From an uncultured Collinsella sp. (lineage in GTDB: Bacteria; Actinomycetota; Coriobacteriia; Coriobacteriales; Coriobacteriaceae), in assembly GCA_959602645.1 (NCBI GenBank), contig CAUGTZ010000008.1, forward strand, positions 3,149 through 67,148: 64,000 nt of DNA, written 5' to 3'. The notes beneath the pieces were generated by a model. It saw only the letters and a program-made list of their open reading frames with translations. It was not told the DNA's origin and made no database searches. The translations under genes and the position numbers were made by a program. Positions 44,361 to 53,774 of the stretch are shown in pieces; position 1 is the first letter of the stretch, and each line of letters opens with the position of its first letter.

Positions 44361-46061
44361 TTATTCGCCGGCGGGCGGTTGTGGTGCGGACGAAGACGGG
44401 GTCGAGCCCTCGCCACCATCCTGGCGCGGCTTGCGGGAACGGCGACGGCGACGGCGCTTTTGACCCTGGTCGGCCGAGCCCTCGCCACCGCGATCCTCGC
44501 GCGGCTCGCGCTCATCGCGAGCGGCGCCACGCGAAGCCTTGGCAGCCGCTCCCCCGCCATCCCCGGGACGACGACGTGTGACCTTGACCTCGCCATCCGA
44601 GACCTGATCGGCCACGGAGGGCACTGAGGGCTTCTGTTGCGCGCCCGAGGAATGGCGACGGCGCGGACGCGGCGCGCGCTCCTCCTCGCCACGTGACTTG
44701 CCGCCCTTGTCGGCAGGTGCATCGGAGGCCGAGGGGCCCTTGGAAGCGGCACCGGCCTCGCGAGCAGCTGCGGCGCGGAAGGCGTCCTCGCGCTCCTCGC
44801 TCGACAGATGACGACGGCGGCGACGTGTGGGGTTCATGCCACCGCCGCGATTCTGCTGCTGGGGCTGCTGAACCTCGCGCTCGCGAGAGGCGTTCTTGCC
44901 CGCGGCTGCAGCCTCGGCAGCATCGCCCGAGCCCGCGCGCTTGCGACGACGACGGGCACCGGCGGCCTCCTCGGCCTCGGGTGCCTCGGCCTTACCACGG
45001 CCCTTTCCGCGGCCACGGCCCTCGCCCTGACTCTGAGCAGCGCGGGCATCGGAATCGGCATCGCGACGACGGCGCTTGGGCATCGACGTGCCAGCAAGAC
45101 GGTCGGCGCTCGACAGGCCATCGCCCACGTCAACGCCGTTCTCGCGATCGAGTTCCATGAGCGCCAGGCGCATCTCGGGCGATTCGATGCGCTCGAGCAC
45201 GTCGCGCGTCACGCAATCGGGGCGGCAGTTGCAGCCCTGCTCGGCAGCCTTCTTTTTGCAGCCCTCCGAGCAGGTCATATCGGCCAAGTTGACCTTAAAG
45301 ACCTTGCCGTTCTCCAGACGCAACACCAGCTGCTCGCGCGGCGTGTCATATTCCTGGATACGCGCCTTGCCGAGCGGCGTATCGATGAGCGTCTTCTTTT
45401 TGGGCGCACGGCTCTTAAAGTCCTTGTAGGCCTCGAACTCATAGCGCAGGCAGCACATCAGGCGGCCGCAAACGCCGCTGATCTTGGACGAGTTGAGCGG
45501 TAGGTCCTGCTCTTTTGCCATGCGAATCGAGACGGGCTCAAACTGTCCGCCAAAGCGCGTGCAGCAGAGCTCCTGTCCGCACTGGGCATAGCCGCCCACC
45601 AGGCGGGTCTCGTCGCGCACGCCGATCTGGCGCATATCGACGCGAATGTGCAGCGTCGAGGACAGGTCCTTGACGAGCTGACGAAAATCGACGCGCTCCT
45701 CGGCCGCAAAGTAGAACACGGCCTTCTCGCCGCCAAACAGGTACTCGACGCCGACCGGCTTCATCTCGAGGTCGAGCTCCTTGACCAGGCGGCGGAAGTC
45801 GACCATGGCCTCGTCGCCCTGGATGGCCAGGTCGTCGGCAAGCTGCAGGTCGATGTCGCTCGCCACGCGCAGCACGGGCTTGAGCGGCTGACCGATCTCG
45901 TCTTGCGGCACCTCGAAGGGATCGGCCGTGACCAGGCCGATCTCGGTTCCGCGCTCGGTGGAGCAAATGGCATAATCGGCCTCGAGGATATCCAAATCCT
46001 GCGGATCGAACCACAGGTCGCGCGAGGCGTAGGTAAACTTAACGGGTACGACTAACGGCAT
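44361..46061 (-). CDS. PSP1-domain protein (RicT/YaaT-like) with a long basic low-complexity tail
   Basis: 566-aa ORF; N-terminal about 300 aa match the PSP1 pattern (VGGYAQCGQELCCTRF, GVCGRLMCCLRYE); the rest is Arg/Gly/Ala/Glu-rich. Confidence 0.8.
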   Translation of the reverse strand: MPLVVPVKFTYASRDLWFDPQDLDILEADYAICSTERGTEIGLVTADPFEVPQDEIGQPLKPVLRVASDIDLQLADDLAIQGDEAMVDFRRLVKELDLEMKPVGVEYLFGGEKAVFYFAAEERVDFRQLVKDLSSTLHIRVDMRQIGVRDETRLVGGYAQCGQELCCTRFGGQFEPVSIRMAKEQDLPLNSSKISGVCGRLMCCLRYEFEAYKDFKSRAPKKKTLIDTPLGKARIQEYDTPREQLVLRLENGKVFKVNLADMTCSEGCKKKAAEQGCNCRPDCVTRDVLERIESPEMRLALMELDRENGVDVGDGLSSADRLAGTSMPKRRRRDADSDARAAQSQGEGRGRGKGRGKAEAPEAEEAAGARRRRKRAGSGDAAEAAAAGKNASREREVQQPQQQNRGGGMNPTRRRRRHLSSEEREDAFRAAAAREAGAASKGPSASDAPADKGGKSRGEEERAPRPRRRHSSGAQQKPSVPSVADQVSDGEVKVTRRRPGDGGGAAAKASRGAARDEREPREDRGGEGSADQGQKRRRRRRSRKPRQDGGEGSTPSSSAPQPPAGE

Positions 46062-47179
46062 TTCAGTGCCTTCCTGATATCGAACAGCATGACCTCGATG
46101 GCCAGCTGGGGAGTAACGTTTCTGGCAATGTTGCGCTCGGCGGTCGCGACTGCCTCGAGCGCCCGCGTGGCACCCGCAACATTGGTCGCGGCGGCAAGCC
46201 GCCCGATCGTGTCGCGCACGTCCTCGTTCACTACGTCGGCTGCCTCGTCCTGAAGCGTCAGCAGCACGTCGCGCATAAGCGTCCGCGCGCTCGCCAGCGC
46301 TTCCATGATACCCGAACGCTCGCGCGCGTTGAGTTCGCGCTTGTTGCGGTCCTCAAGCTGCTTCAATGCTCCACGCGACAGGTAATCGGCGTTTTGCTCG
46401 AGCACCTTTTCCTGCGTGGACTTGACCTCGGCGAGCGGCGCCCTAACGGCGACGATGAGCGACTTGGCGCGGCTGAGCACGTCGGCCTCGTCGGCGGCGA
46501 TGAGCGAATCGATGGCACGGACCATCTGGCGGCGAGCATCCTGGCGCTCGGCGCTCTTGAGGAACTCGATGCCGCGCGTGGGGCTTCCCGCTACGGCAAC
46601 GGCCATACGGCAACGCGCAGGGTCCTGACCGGTGGCACGGCTCACGGCCTGCGCGGCGACGGCGGGCGATACCAGCCGAAACGGCACGCACTGGCAACGA
46701 CTCACGATAGTGGGCAGCATCACGTCTGCCGAGGTGCCCAGCAAGATGAACATAACGCCCTCGGGCGGTTCCTCGAGCGTTTTGAGCAGCGCGTTGGCGG
46801 TGTTGGCGCGCAGCTGCTCGGCACGGTCGATGATGTAGACCTTTGCCTTGGCGCGGATGGGCGCCAAGGGCACGTCGTCGAGCAGCTCGCGGGTCTGGGC
46901 GATGAGATAACCCGTGGCGCTCTCGGGCGTGTAATAGTGCACGTCAGGATGCGTATGGCGCGCGACGCGCACGCAGCTGTCGCACGAGCCACAGCCGTCC
47001 CGCTCGCACAGGAATGCCTGGGCAAGCGCCCATGCGGCGTCGAGCTTACCGGCACCGGGCGCGCCCAAGAACAGGTAGGCGTGCGATGCGCGGCCGCTTG
47101 CGATGGCGTTGGTCAAAAAGTCGCGCACGCGCTGTTGGGTGTCGAGCTTGGCGAGCAGGCTTGCCTGAGCGGGGGCCAT
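46052..47179 (-). CDS. holB: DNA polymerase III subunit delta prime
   Basis: 375 aa from ATG 47179; HAYLFLGAPGAGK, CGSCDSCVRV zinc module, SRCQ motif; abuts the tmk stop. Confidence 0.85.
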   Translation of the reverse strand: MAPAQASLLAKLDTQQRVRDFLTNAIASGRASHAYLFLGAPGAGKLDAAWALAQAFLCERDGCGSCDSCVRVARHTHPDVHYYTPESATGYLIAQTRELLDDVPLAPIRAKAKVYIIDRAEQLRANTANALLKTLEEPPEGVMFILLGTSADVMLPTIVSRCQCVPFRLVSPAVAAQAVSRATGQDPARCRMAVAVAGSPTRGIEFLKSAERQDARRQMVRAIDSLIAADEADVLSRAKSLIVAVRAPLAEVKSTQEKVLEQNADYLSRGALKQLEDRNKRELNARERSGIMEALASARTLMRDVLLTLQDEAADVVNEDVRDTIGRLAAATNVAGATRALEAVATAERNIARNVTPQLAIEVMLFDIRKALKCR

Positions 47180-47180
47180 G

Positions 47181-47864
47181 TTACTCGGCCTCCTGGGCAA
47201 GCGCGGCGGCGACGGCATCCTGGGGGATGTCGAGGCCGTAGGCGCGAACCTGCTCGACCGTCTTCTCGAAGACTTCCTCGATGGGCGCGGTGGCGTCGAT
47301 GAGTTTTACGCGGTTTGGCTCCTCGGCGGCAATGCTGCAAAATCCCTGGTAGACACGCTCTTGGAATGCCATGCCCTTGGCCTCCATGCGGTCTGCCGCA
47401 CCACGGGCGGCCATGCGCAGCGCCGCCTGCTCGGGCGTGATGTGATAGACGAGCGTGAGCGCCGGGTGCGTTCCCGCGACGGCCAGGTTGTTGGCATCTC
47501 GCACCATCTGGCAATCAAGGCCGTCGGCAAATGCCTGGTAGCAGGTCGTGGAATCGTAGAAGCGATCGCACAGGACCACCTTGCCGGCTGCGAGCGCGGG
47601 GGCGATGACCTCGTGCACCAGCTGGGCACGCGCAGCCTCGTAGAGCAGCAGCTCGCAGGTGTCGCCCATCGCCGTATTGGCGGGGTCGAGCAGCAAGGCG
47701 CGAATCTTTTCGCTGATGGCAGTGCCACCCGGCTCACGCAGGGTCACAACCTGGTAGCCAACGAGCTCGAGTGCACGGGCAAGTAGGCGCGCCTGCGTGG
47801 ACTTGCCGGCGCCGTCGACACCCTCGAGCGTGATAAAGCTATGTTGAGCGGGCTCAAAAGCCAT
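47181..47864 (-). CDS. tmk: thymidylate kinase
   Basis: 227-aa ORF; FITLEGVDGAGKSTQ P-loop, LREPGGT, DRF motif. Confidence 0.9.
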   Translation of the reverse strand: MAFEPAQHSFITLEGVDGAGKSTQARLLARALELVGYQVVTLREPGGTAISEKIRALLLDPANTAMGDTCELLLYEAARAQLVHEVIAPALAAGKVVLCDRFYDSTTCYQAFADGLDCQMVRDANNLAVAGTHPALTLVYHITPEQAALRMAARGAADRMEAKGMAFQERVYQGFCSIAAEEPNRVKLIDATAPIEEVFEKTVEQVRAYGLDIPQDAVAAALAQEAE

Positions 47865-47966
47865 GGGCGCAGTCCCTTCCTACAAGGCGCGTAAATGCAG
47901 ATATATCAACCAAGCCATGATACCCCAGTGCTCGGCGCGTCCCCAATGGCTAAAGGTGCCTTTCCA

Positions 47967-48035
47967 AAGTTGCGGTGAAATAGGGACTGATTGAAGCTCT
48001 GAGACCGCCAAACAGTCCCTATTTCACCGCAACTT
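47967..48035. repeat. perfect 23-bp palindrome with a 23-nt loop in the tmk / zinc-ribbon divergent region
   Basis: AAGTTGCGGTGAAATAGGGACTG (47967-47989) and its exact reverse complement (48013-48035). Confidence 0.8.
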
Positions 48036-48103
48036 ATGATGGGGAATTTTGAGCGGTGGGTATAATCGTCGTATTGCATTGAAATGTGGCGAAAGGAGTG
48101 GCA

Positions 48104-49087
48104 ATGTCTCGGTATTGCGCCTCGTGCGGCAAACTTCTTGCAGATGATGCCAAGTTCTGCACCTCGTGCGGTGCACCCGTTGAGCAAACAACCGCGAGCG
48201 ATAGCCAGCCCGCTTTTGAGCAGACCGGTTCCCTCGATACGCCGCAAGCCAAGGCGGACGACCCCCTCGCCTATCGCCCCGACCCCGCCGCAGGCCCCGC
48301 GACCGTCGAGACCACGCAGCGCATACCCGTCGCGAGCGGTTCGTCCCAACAGCAGCCGGCTCCCGCATACGCGCCCGCTTCGCCACAGACCCCCGCTCCC
48401 AAAAAGAGCGGCACCGGGCCGCTTATCGCCGTTATCGTTGTGCTGGTGGCGATCATCATCGCCCTGGTCGTTTTCTTTGTGATCAAGCCTTTCGACAACG
48501 CCGCCACGCAGACGACGGCCGAGGTAGCTAAGCTGCACCATGACGTCGACGACGATGACCTAAAGCCTCTCGGCGATCCCAACAGCCTGTACGACGATGA
48601 TGACGATGACGACGAGGATGGCGGCGAAGCAACGCTCTCCGAGCAGAACCTCTACCGCCGACTGAGCGAATACTACGACCTGCTCGAAGACCTCGACAAC
48701 TACGTCCGTGGCTGCGCACAGAACTTCAACGGCAGCTATCTGGAAGAGGATCGAACCACCCGTCAAAATCTCGCCGACGTCGCCGAGCGCACGGAGGACA
48801 CCATCGAGCAGTATTACGACATCGTCGAGGACCTGGACGTCCCGACGAGCTCCAAGAACTACAGCTCCTGGAAGGACATCATCGCCCTGTACGACGACCT
48901 GGATCACCGCATTGACGCAATCTGTGATGCCTGGGAGATCAGCCTGAAATACGCCAAGCCTGCGGACCACAAGAATGAGATCGTGGCGCCGCTGTCACGC
49001 GACAACGTGGCGGGCACCAATGACAATAAGTACCGTCTAGACTTTGAGGAGCGCTATCCCGGCGCCAAACCCGTCGAAGTGAACTAG
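48104..49087 (+). CDS. zinc-ribbon, single-pass membrane protein, hypothetical
   Basis: 327 aa from ATG 48104 (AAGGAG RBS; TATAAT at 48061-48066); CASCG..CTSCG ribbon, Pro/Ala-rich linker, TM segment, acidic extracytoplasmic domain. Confidence 0.65.
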   Translation: MSRYCASCGKLLADDAKFCTSCGAPVEQTTASDSQPAFEQTGSLDTPQAKADDPLAYRPDPAAGPATVETTQRIPVASGSSQQQPAPAYAPASPQTPAPKKSGTGPLIAVIVVLVAIIIALVVFFVIKPFDNAATQTTAEVAKLHHDVDDDDLKPLGDPNSLYDDDDDDDEDGGEATLSEQNLYRRLSEYYDLLEDLDNYVRGCAQNFNGSYLEEDRTTRQNLADVAERTEDTIEQYYDIVEDLDVPTSSKNYSSWKDIIALYDDLDHRIDAICDAWEISLKYAKPADHKNEIVAPLSRDNVAGTNDNKYRLDFEERYPGAKPVEVN

Positions 49088-49105
49088 CGCTTTGTCGTTC
49101 CCGAG

Positions 49106-49163
49106 CCGGCAGTTAGGGACGTTCCTAAACTGCCGGCAGAAAAGGAACGTCCCTAACTGCCGG
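49106..49163 (+). repeat. family-C hairpin motif, copy 2 (two overlapping hairpins)
   Basis: CCGGCAGTT-AGGGACGTTCCTA-AACTGCCGG, then CCGGCAG-AAAAGGAACGTCCCTAA-CTGCCGG. Confidence 0.7.
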
Positions 49164-49210
49164 ATAAAAAACGAGCGAGGATTTTGAGGTCCTCGCTCGT
49201 TTTTGTTTTA
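49164..49210. terminator. bidirectional terminator between the zinc-ribbon gene and topA
   Basis: ACGAGCGAGGA/TCCTCGCTCGT stem flanked by an A-run and TTTTTGTTTT. Confidence 0.7.
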
Positions 49211-49231
49211 GGTGATGTTTCGACCGTGCGG

Positions 49232-51823
49232 CTACTTGTCGGCAGCGGTCTTTTTGGTAGTCGGCTTCTTGGCCGTCGTCTTTTTGGCGGCCGTCTTCTT
49301 GGCAGCAGTCTTCTTTGCCGCCGTGGTCTTCCTGGCCGTGCTCGCCTTGGTCGCAGTCTTGCGGCCGCGGGCGGGCTTCTTCTCCTTGGTCGGGCAGTCC
49401 ATGTTGACGCAGATACGCCACGGACCGCGCGCCGTGTTGACCACCACGATGGGAGCGCCGCACTCGGGACAGGTCTCGCCCGTCGCCTCGAGCTTGCCAC
49501 GCGCCGGCAGCGGATAGCTCACGCCGCAGTCGTCATAGTTGGTGCAGCGGATAAAGCGCTTGCCGCTCTTCTCGCTCTTGTGTGCGATCAGGTCGCCATG
49601 GCGTCCTGCCTCGGCGCACACCTTGCACTCGCCCACCTTAAGGTCAGGCTCGTAGTTGGTGGGGCATGTGGGGTTCACGCAAATCTCGAAAGCCTTTTGG
49701 CGGAACGGCTGGCACTTAATGCGCGGCGCACCGCATTCGGGGCACACAGCAGCCTCGCCCTCGAGCGGGCTCACCTTGACGCCGCTCGGCACCGGATAGG
49801 TCACGTCGCAGTCGGGCCAGCCCATGCAGCCGATAAAGCTGCCGCGGGTCTTGGCGCTCGTCTTCATAACCAAGTCCTTGCCGCACTTGGGGCAGGCGCC
49901 CACGCGCGCATCGGCCGTGACGGCGTCGCTGATAGCATCGCCCAGTTCCTGCGTATGCTTGAGCAGCTCGTCGAGCACACCGGCCAGCAGCGCGCGCGAG
50001 TGCGTCACGACATGCTCTTCGGTGTCCTCGCCGCGCTCCACGCGGGTCATGTCGCCGTCGAGCTCGCTGGTCATATCGGGGCTCGTGATGCGCGGGGCAA
50101 ACTGCGACAGTGCATCGATGATGGCGATGCCCAGCTGGCTCGGCTCCACAGGATCGTTTTTGAGATAGCGCACGGCGTACAGGCGCTCGATGATGCTCGC
50201 GCGCGTGGACTTGGTGCCCAGGCCGCGCTTTTCCATCTCCTGCACGAGCTTGCCCTGGCTGTAGCGTGCGGGCGGCTCGGTCTGCTTGGCCTCGAGCTTA
50301 ATGTCGAACACGTCGACCGTATCGCCCTGCTCCAGCGGCGGCATCTGCTCGTCGCGCTTGAGTCCATACGGATACGCCTCGCGGAAACCCGGGGTCACGA
50401 GCACATCGCCCGAAGCCACGAACGGCTCACCATTGACGTCGAGCTCGAGCTTGGTGTTCTCGATGGTCGCGGGACCCATGAGCGTTGCCAGGAAGCGACG
50501 GGCGATGAGGTCGTAGAGCTTGCGCTGGCCACCGTCGAGCGCGGACGGATCGCCCTCGCCCGTGGGATAGATAGGCGGGTGGTCGGTGGTTTCGACTTTG
50601 CCGCGCGTGGGCTTCATGGGGCCGGCGAGCACCTTTTTGCACACGGGCGCCAGCGCCGGGTTGATCTTTGCAAGGTCGCTCACCACGGCGCCCAGATCGA
50701 GCGTCGCAGGGTACACGGTATTGTCGACACGCGGGTAGCTGATGAGACCGGCCATGTAGAGGGACTCGGCGATGCGCATGGTACGCGCAGGTGAGATGCC
50801 CTCGGCTGCGGCGGCAGCCTGCAGCGAGGTGGTCGCAAACGGTGTGGGCGGCTGCTGCTTGCGCGAACGCTTGGTCACCGCGGCGACGGTTGCCGTCGCA
50901 ACGCCGTCAACGTGGCCGTACGCCGCCTCAGCAGCATCCTTGTCGGTAAAGCGCGCCGTCTTGTGCGCAATCTTAAAGCGGTCGTCCTCGGCAGCACCCT
51001 GTGCGGCGCCCATGCCGCGGATCTGCCAATAGTCCTCGGGCACAAACGCCATGCGCTCGCGCTCGCGCTCGACCACCAGGGCAAGCGTCGGCGTCTGCAC
51101 ACGGCCGGCAGAGCGCACGTTACCAAAGCCGCCAAACTTGGCGAGCGTCAGGTAGCGCGTGAGCACCGCACCCCAAATGAGGTCGATGTGCTGGCGGCTC
51201 TCGCCGGCGTCGGCCAGATTCTGGTCGAGCGAGACGAGATTATCGAAGGCCTGCGTGATCTCGGCCTTGGTAAACGAAGAATACTGGGCGCGGGCGACCG
51301 GCAGGTCGGGCGCAACCTCGCGCACCTTGTTGAGGGCGTCCGAACCGATCAGCTCGCCCTCGCGATCGAAGTCCGTGGCGATGATGACACTGTCGGACTT
51401 CTTGGCGAGGTTCTTGAGCGAACGAATGAGTTCCTTCTCGGCCGGTAGCTTAATGACGGGCGCCCAGGTGAGGTAAGGCAGGCTCTCGAGTTTCCAGCCC
51501 TTGATTGAGATGCCATCGGCAAGAAACGGCTTGCGCTTGGTGTCGTAGGGCGGACGCGCCAGGCCATCGGGTATGTCGGCCGGCAGTATCTCGCCGTCCT
51601 CGGTGACCGAATACCAGCCCAGCTTTTTATCGAACAGCACGCTGTCGCAAAAATCGGGCGCTAGGATGTGACCGGCAAGGCCGATGGTCACGCACTCCTC
51701 GCCCTTCCACTCAAAACGGTAGATGGCGGTGTTGTACACCTTGTCCTTTTTGGGCTTGCCCGTGGACAGACGCTCGGCAATCTGACGCGCGGCGTCGTTT
51801 TTCTCGGCGATGATGAGCTTCAA
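49232..51823 (-). CDS. topA: DNA topoisomerase I
   Basis: 863-aa ORF; Toprim N-terminus (MKLIIAEK, ATDFDREGE), several C-terminal CxxC zinc ribbons, Lys/Ala/Thr-rich tail. Confidence 0.95.
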   Translation of the reverse strand: MKLIIAEKNDAARQIAERLSTGKPKKDKVYNTAIYRFEWKGEECVTIGLAGHILAPDFCDSVLFDKKLGWYSVTEDGEILPADIPDGLARPPYDTKRKPFLADGISIKGWKLESLPYLTWAPVIKLPAEKELIRSLKNLAKKSDSVIIATDFDREGELIGSDALNKVREVAPDLPVARAQYSSFTKAEITQAFDNLVSLDQNLADAGESRQHIDLIWGAVLTRYLTLAKFGGFGNVRSAGRVQTPTLALVVERERERMAFVPEDYWQIRGMGAAQGAAEDDRFKIAHKTARFTDKDAAEAAYGHVDGVATATVAAVTKRSRKQQPPTPFATTSLQAAAAAEGISPARTMRIAESLYMAGLISYPRVDNTVYPATLDLGAVVSDLAKINPALAPVCKKVLAGPMKPTRGKVETTDHPPIYPTGEGDPSALDGGQRKLYDLIARRFLATLMGPATIENTKLELDVNGEPFVASGDVLVTPGFREAYPYGLKRDEQMPPLEQGDTVDVFDIKLEAKQTEPPARYSQGKLVQEMEKRGLGTKSTRASIIERLYAVRYLKNDPVEPSQLGIAIIDALSQFAPRITSPDMTSELDGDMTRVERGEDTEEHVVTHSRALLAGVLDELLKHTQELGDAISDAVTADARVGACPKCGKDLVMKTSAKTRGSFIGCMGWPDCDVTYPVPSGVKVSPLEGEAAVCPECGAPRIKCQPFRQKAFEICVNPTCPTNYEPDLKVGECKVCAEAGRHGDLIAHKSEKSGKRFIRCTNYDDCGVSYPLPARGKLEATGETCPECGAPIVVVNTARGPWRICVNMDCPTKEKKPARGRKTATKASTARKTTAAKKTAAKKTAAKKTTAKKPTTKKTAADK

Positions 51824-51877
51824 AAGAGGCTCCTATCTCGTATCTCTGCGGCTACGCCCGCCCGTATGGCGGCCGAC

Positions 51878-52561
51878 TTACGCCCTTGCTTGCTCAATCT
51901 GCCCGATGAGCCAATCGCACCAGGCATCCATGCCCTCGCCCTTGCGCGCGCTCACGGCAAACCGCGGCGCCTGCGGATTGAGGTCATCGAGTGTCTTAGT
52001 ATACCTATCCATGTCAAAATCGAAAGCCGGAGCCACGTCGACCTTGTTGAGCAGCTGCGCGCCAGCGTGCTGGAAGATGCCCGGGTACTTGATGGGCTTG
52101 TCGTCGCCCTCGGGCACCGAGAGGATCATGATGGACAGGTTCTCACCCAGGTCAAAGTCGACTGGGCAGACCAGGTTACCCACGTTTTCGATAAAGATGA
52201 CATCGATGTTATCGAGCCCAACGGCCTGGTCGAACGCGTCAACGGCCTCCATGATCATATTGCCCTCAAGGTGGCACAGGCCGCCCGTGTTGATCTGGAT
52301 GGCGGGCATGCCGGCTTCCTTCATGGTAATGGCATCGACATCCGAGGCGATGTCGCCCTCGATGACGGCGCAGCGCAAGCCGGCCTTGTCGCGCAGGCGC
52401 TCGTTGGTGCCCAGAATCGTAGTGGTCTTGCCCGAGCCAGGGCTCGACAACACATTGATCACATAGGTGCCTGTCTCATCAAATCGCTGACGTAGTTGAT
52501 CTGCCAGGCGCTCGTTGCGCGACAGGATCGGCGACGCGATATCAATCGTTTTCTCAGCCAT
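51878..52561 (-). CDS. hypB: hydrogenase nickel-incorporation GTPase HypB
   Basis: 227-aa ORF; SSPGSGKTT P-loop, EGD, CHLE, ENVGNLVCP motifs. Confidence 0.85.
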   Translation of the reverse strand: MAEKTIDIASPILSRNERLADQLRQRFDETGTYVINVLSSPGSGKTTTILGTNERLRDKAGLRCAVIEGDIASDVDAITMKEAGMPAIQINTGGLCHLEGNMIMEAVDAFDQAVGLDNIDVIFIENVGNLVCPVDFDLGENLSIMILSVPEGDDKPIKYPGIFQHAGAQLLNKVDVAPAFDFDMDRYTKTLDDLNPQAPRFAVSARKGEGMDAWCDWLIGQIEQARA

Positions 52562-52616
52562 ACTTAGCGCTCCTTAATTTGGCCCCTTTATACCCCATCA
52601 CCAGATGGCTAGCGGG

Positions 52617-52973
52617 CTAATCGTCGGGGGTTTCGATTTCGATACTTGCGATGTCGAGCTCGCGGCCGTGCAGCAGGCGCACGTTGGCGCCGCCACATTG
52701 GGGGCAGCGGCAATGGAAACGGTCGTGATCGAAGACCTCTCCGCAGTCCAGGCACTCGCTTTGTGGATGGACTTCCTCCACGGCAAGCTCGCAGCCGCGC
52801 GTGAGCGGGTCCTCGTCGCGAAACGTCTCCCACGCAAAGTCGAGCGCCTCGCGCACGACCTCGGTCATATCCCCGATACGCAGCGTTACCAAAACGGCGC
52901 GCGAGGCCCCCGCCCCACGCGCCGCGCGAATCACTGTATCGAGTATGCCGTTGACAATGCCAACCTCGTGCAT
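52617..52973 (-). CDS. hypA: hydrogenase maturation nickel metallochaperone HypA
   Basis: 118-aa ORF; MHE N-terminus and CxxC...CxxC zinc site (CLDCG, CPQCG). Confidence 0.85.
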   Translation of the reverse strand: MHEVGIVNGILDTVIRAARGAGASRAVLVTLRIGDMTEVVREALDFAWETFRDEDPLTRGCELAVEEVHPQSECLDCGEVFDHDRFHCRCPQCGGANVRLLHGRELDIASIEIETPDD

Positions 52974-52979
52974 ACCGAT

Positions 52980-53774
52980 TTACTCCTCGCTGTCCTCTTC
53001 GTCGTCCGAGAACAGGTCCAGACGACTCACGAACAAGCCCTCCTTGCCCTCGCGCGCGGTAATGACCACGCGAGCGATGGCGAGCGAAATCTCGTAGAGC
53101 GAGAGCAGGGCGCCATACATGAGGCCCAGCGTAACGGGCGAGCCGTCGGGCGTAATCACAGCCGAGCCCACAAGCAGACCAACGTATACGTAACGCCAGG
53201 CACTGCGGAAGGCCGCATAGGACACGATATGGAAGACAGACAGATAAAAGATAATGAGCGGCAGCTCAAACGCCACACCAAAGCCGATCATAAAGAGCAG
53301 CTCCATGTTGACGTAGTTCTCCAGATCGGGCAGCGCCGTGGCGACGGCCGAGGTCTCGCCGATGAGCCACTCAAAGCCTGCAGGGATGATGATGAAGTAG
53401 CAAAAGATTGCGCCCAGGAAGAACAGCACCGTCGAGGCGAGCACCGTAGGCACGACCCACTTGCGCTCGTTAGGGCGAAGCGCCGGCAGGAAAAACGCCA
53501 GAATCTGCCAGATGATCATGGGCGTGCACATGACAACAGCCATCTTGATGGCCAACGAAAAGCGCAGACCAAAGCCGCCGAGCGTGGTGGTGATGTAGAA
53601 CTTACCGTCCGGCACAAAGGAGCGGATGGGGTCTTCCAGGATATCGAGCACCACGGGCGTGGCGAAATACAGCACGATAGCGGCGGCAAAGACCGACACG
53701 ACCACGATGGTCAGGCGGCGACGGAGCTCTCCCAGGTGATCGAAGAGCGGCATTCGCGCAGGTCCGATAGGCAT
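52980..53774 (-). CDS. tatC: twin-arginine translocase subunit TatC
   Basis: 264-aa six-TM ORF; HLGELRRRL N-terminus typical of TatC. Confidence 0.9.
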   Translation of the reverse strand: MPIGPARMPLFDHLGELRRRLTIVVVSVFAAAIVLYFATPVVLDILEDPIRSFVPDGKFYITTTLGGFGLRFSLAIKMAVVMCTPMIIWQILAFFLPALRPNERKWVVPTVLASTVLFFLGAIFCYFIIIPAGFEWLIGETSAVATALPDLENYVNMELLFMIGFGVAFELPLIIFYLSVFHIVSYAAFRSAWRYVYVGLLVGSAVITPDGSPVTLGLMYGALLSLYEISLAIARVVITAREGKEGLFVSRLDLFSDDEEDSEE

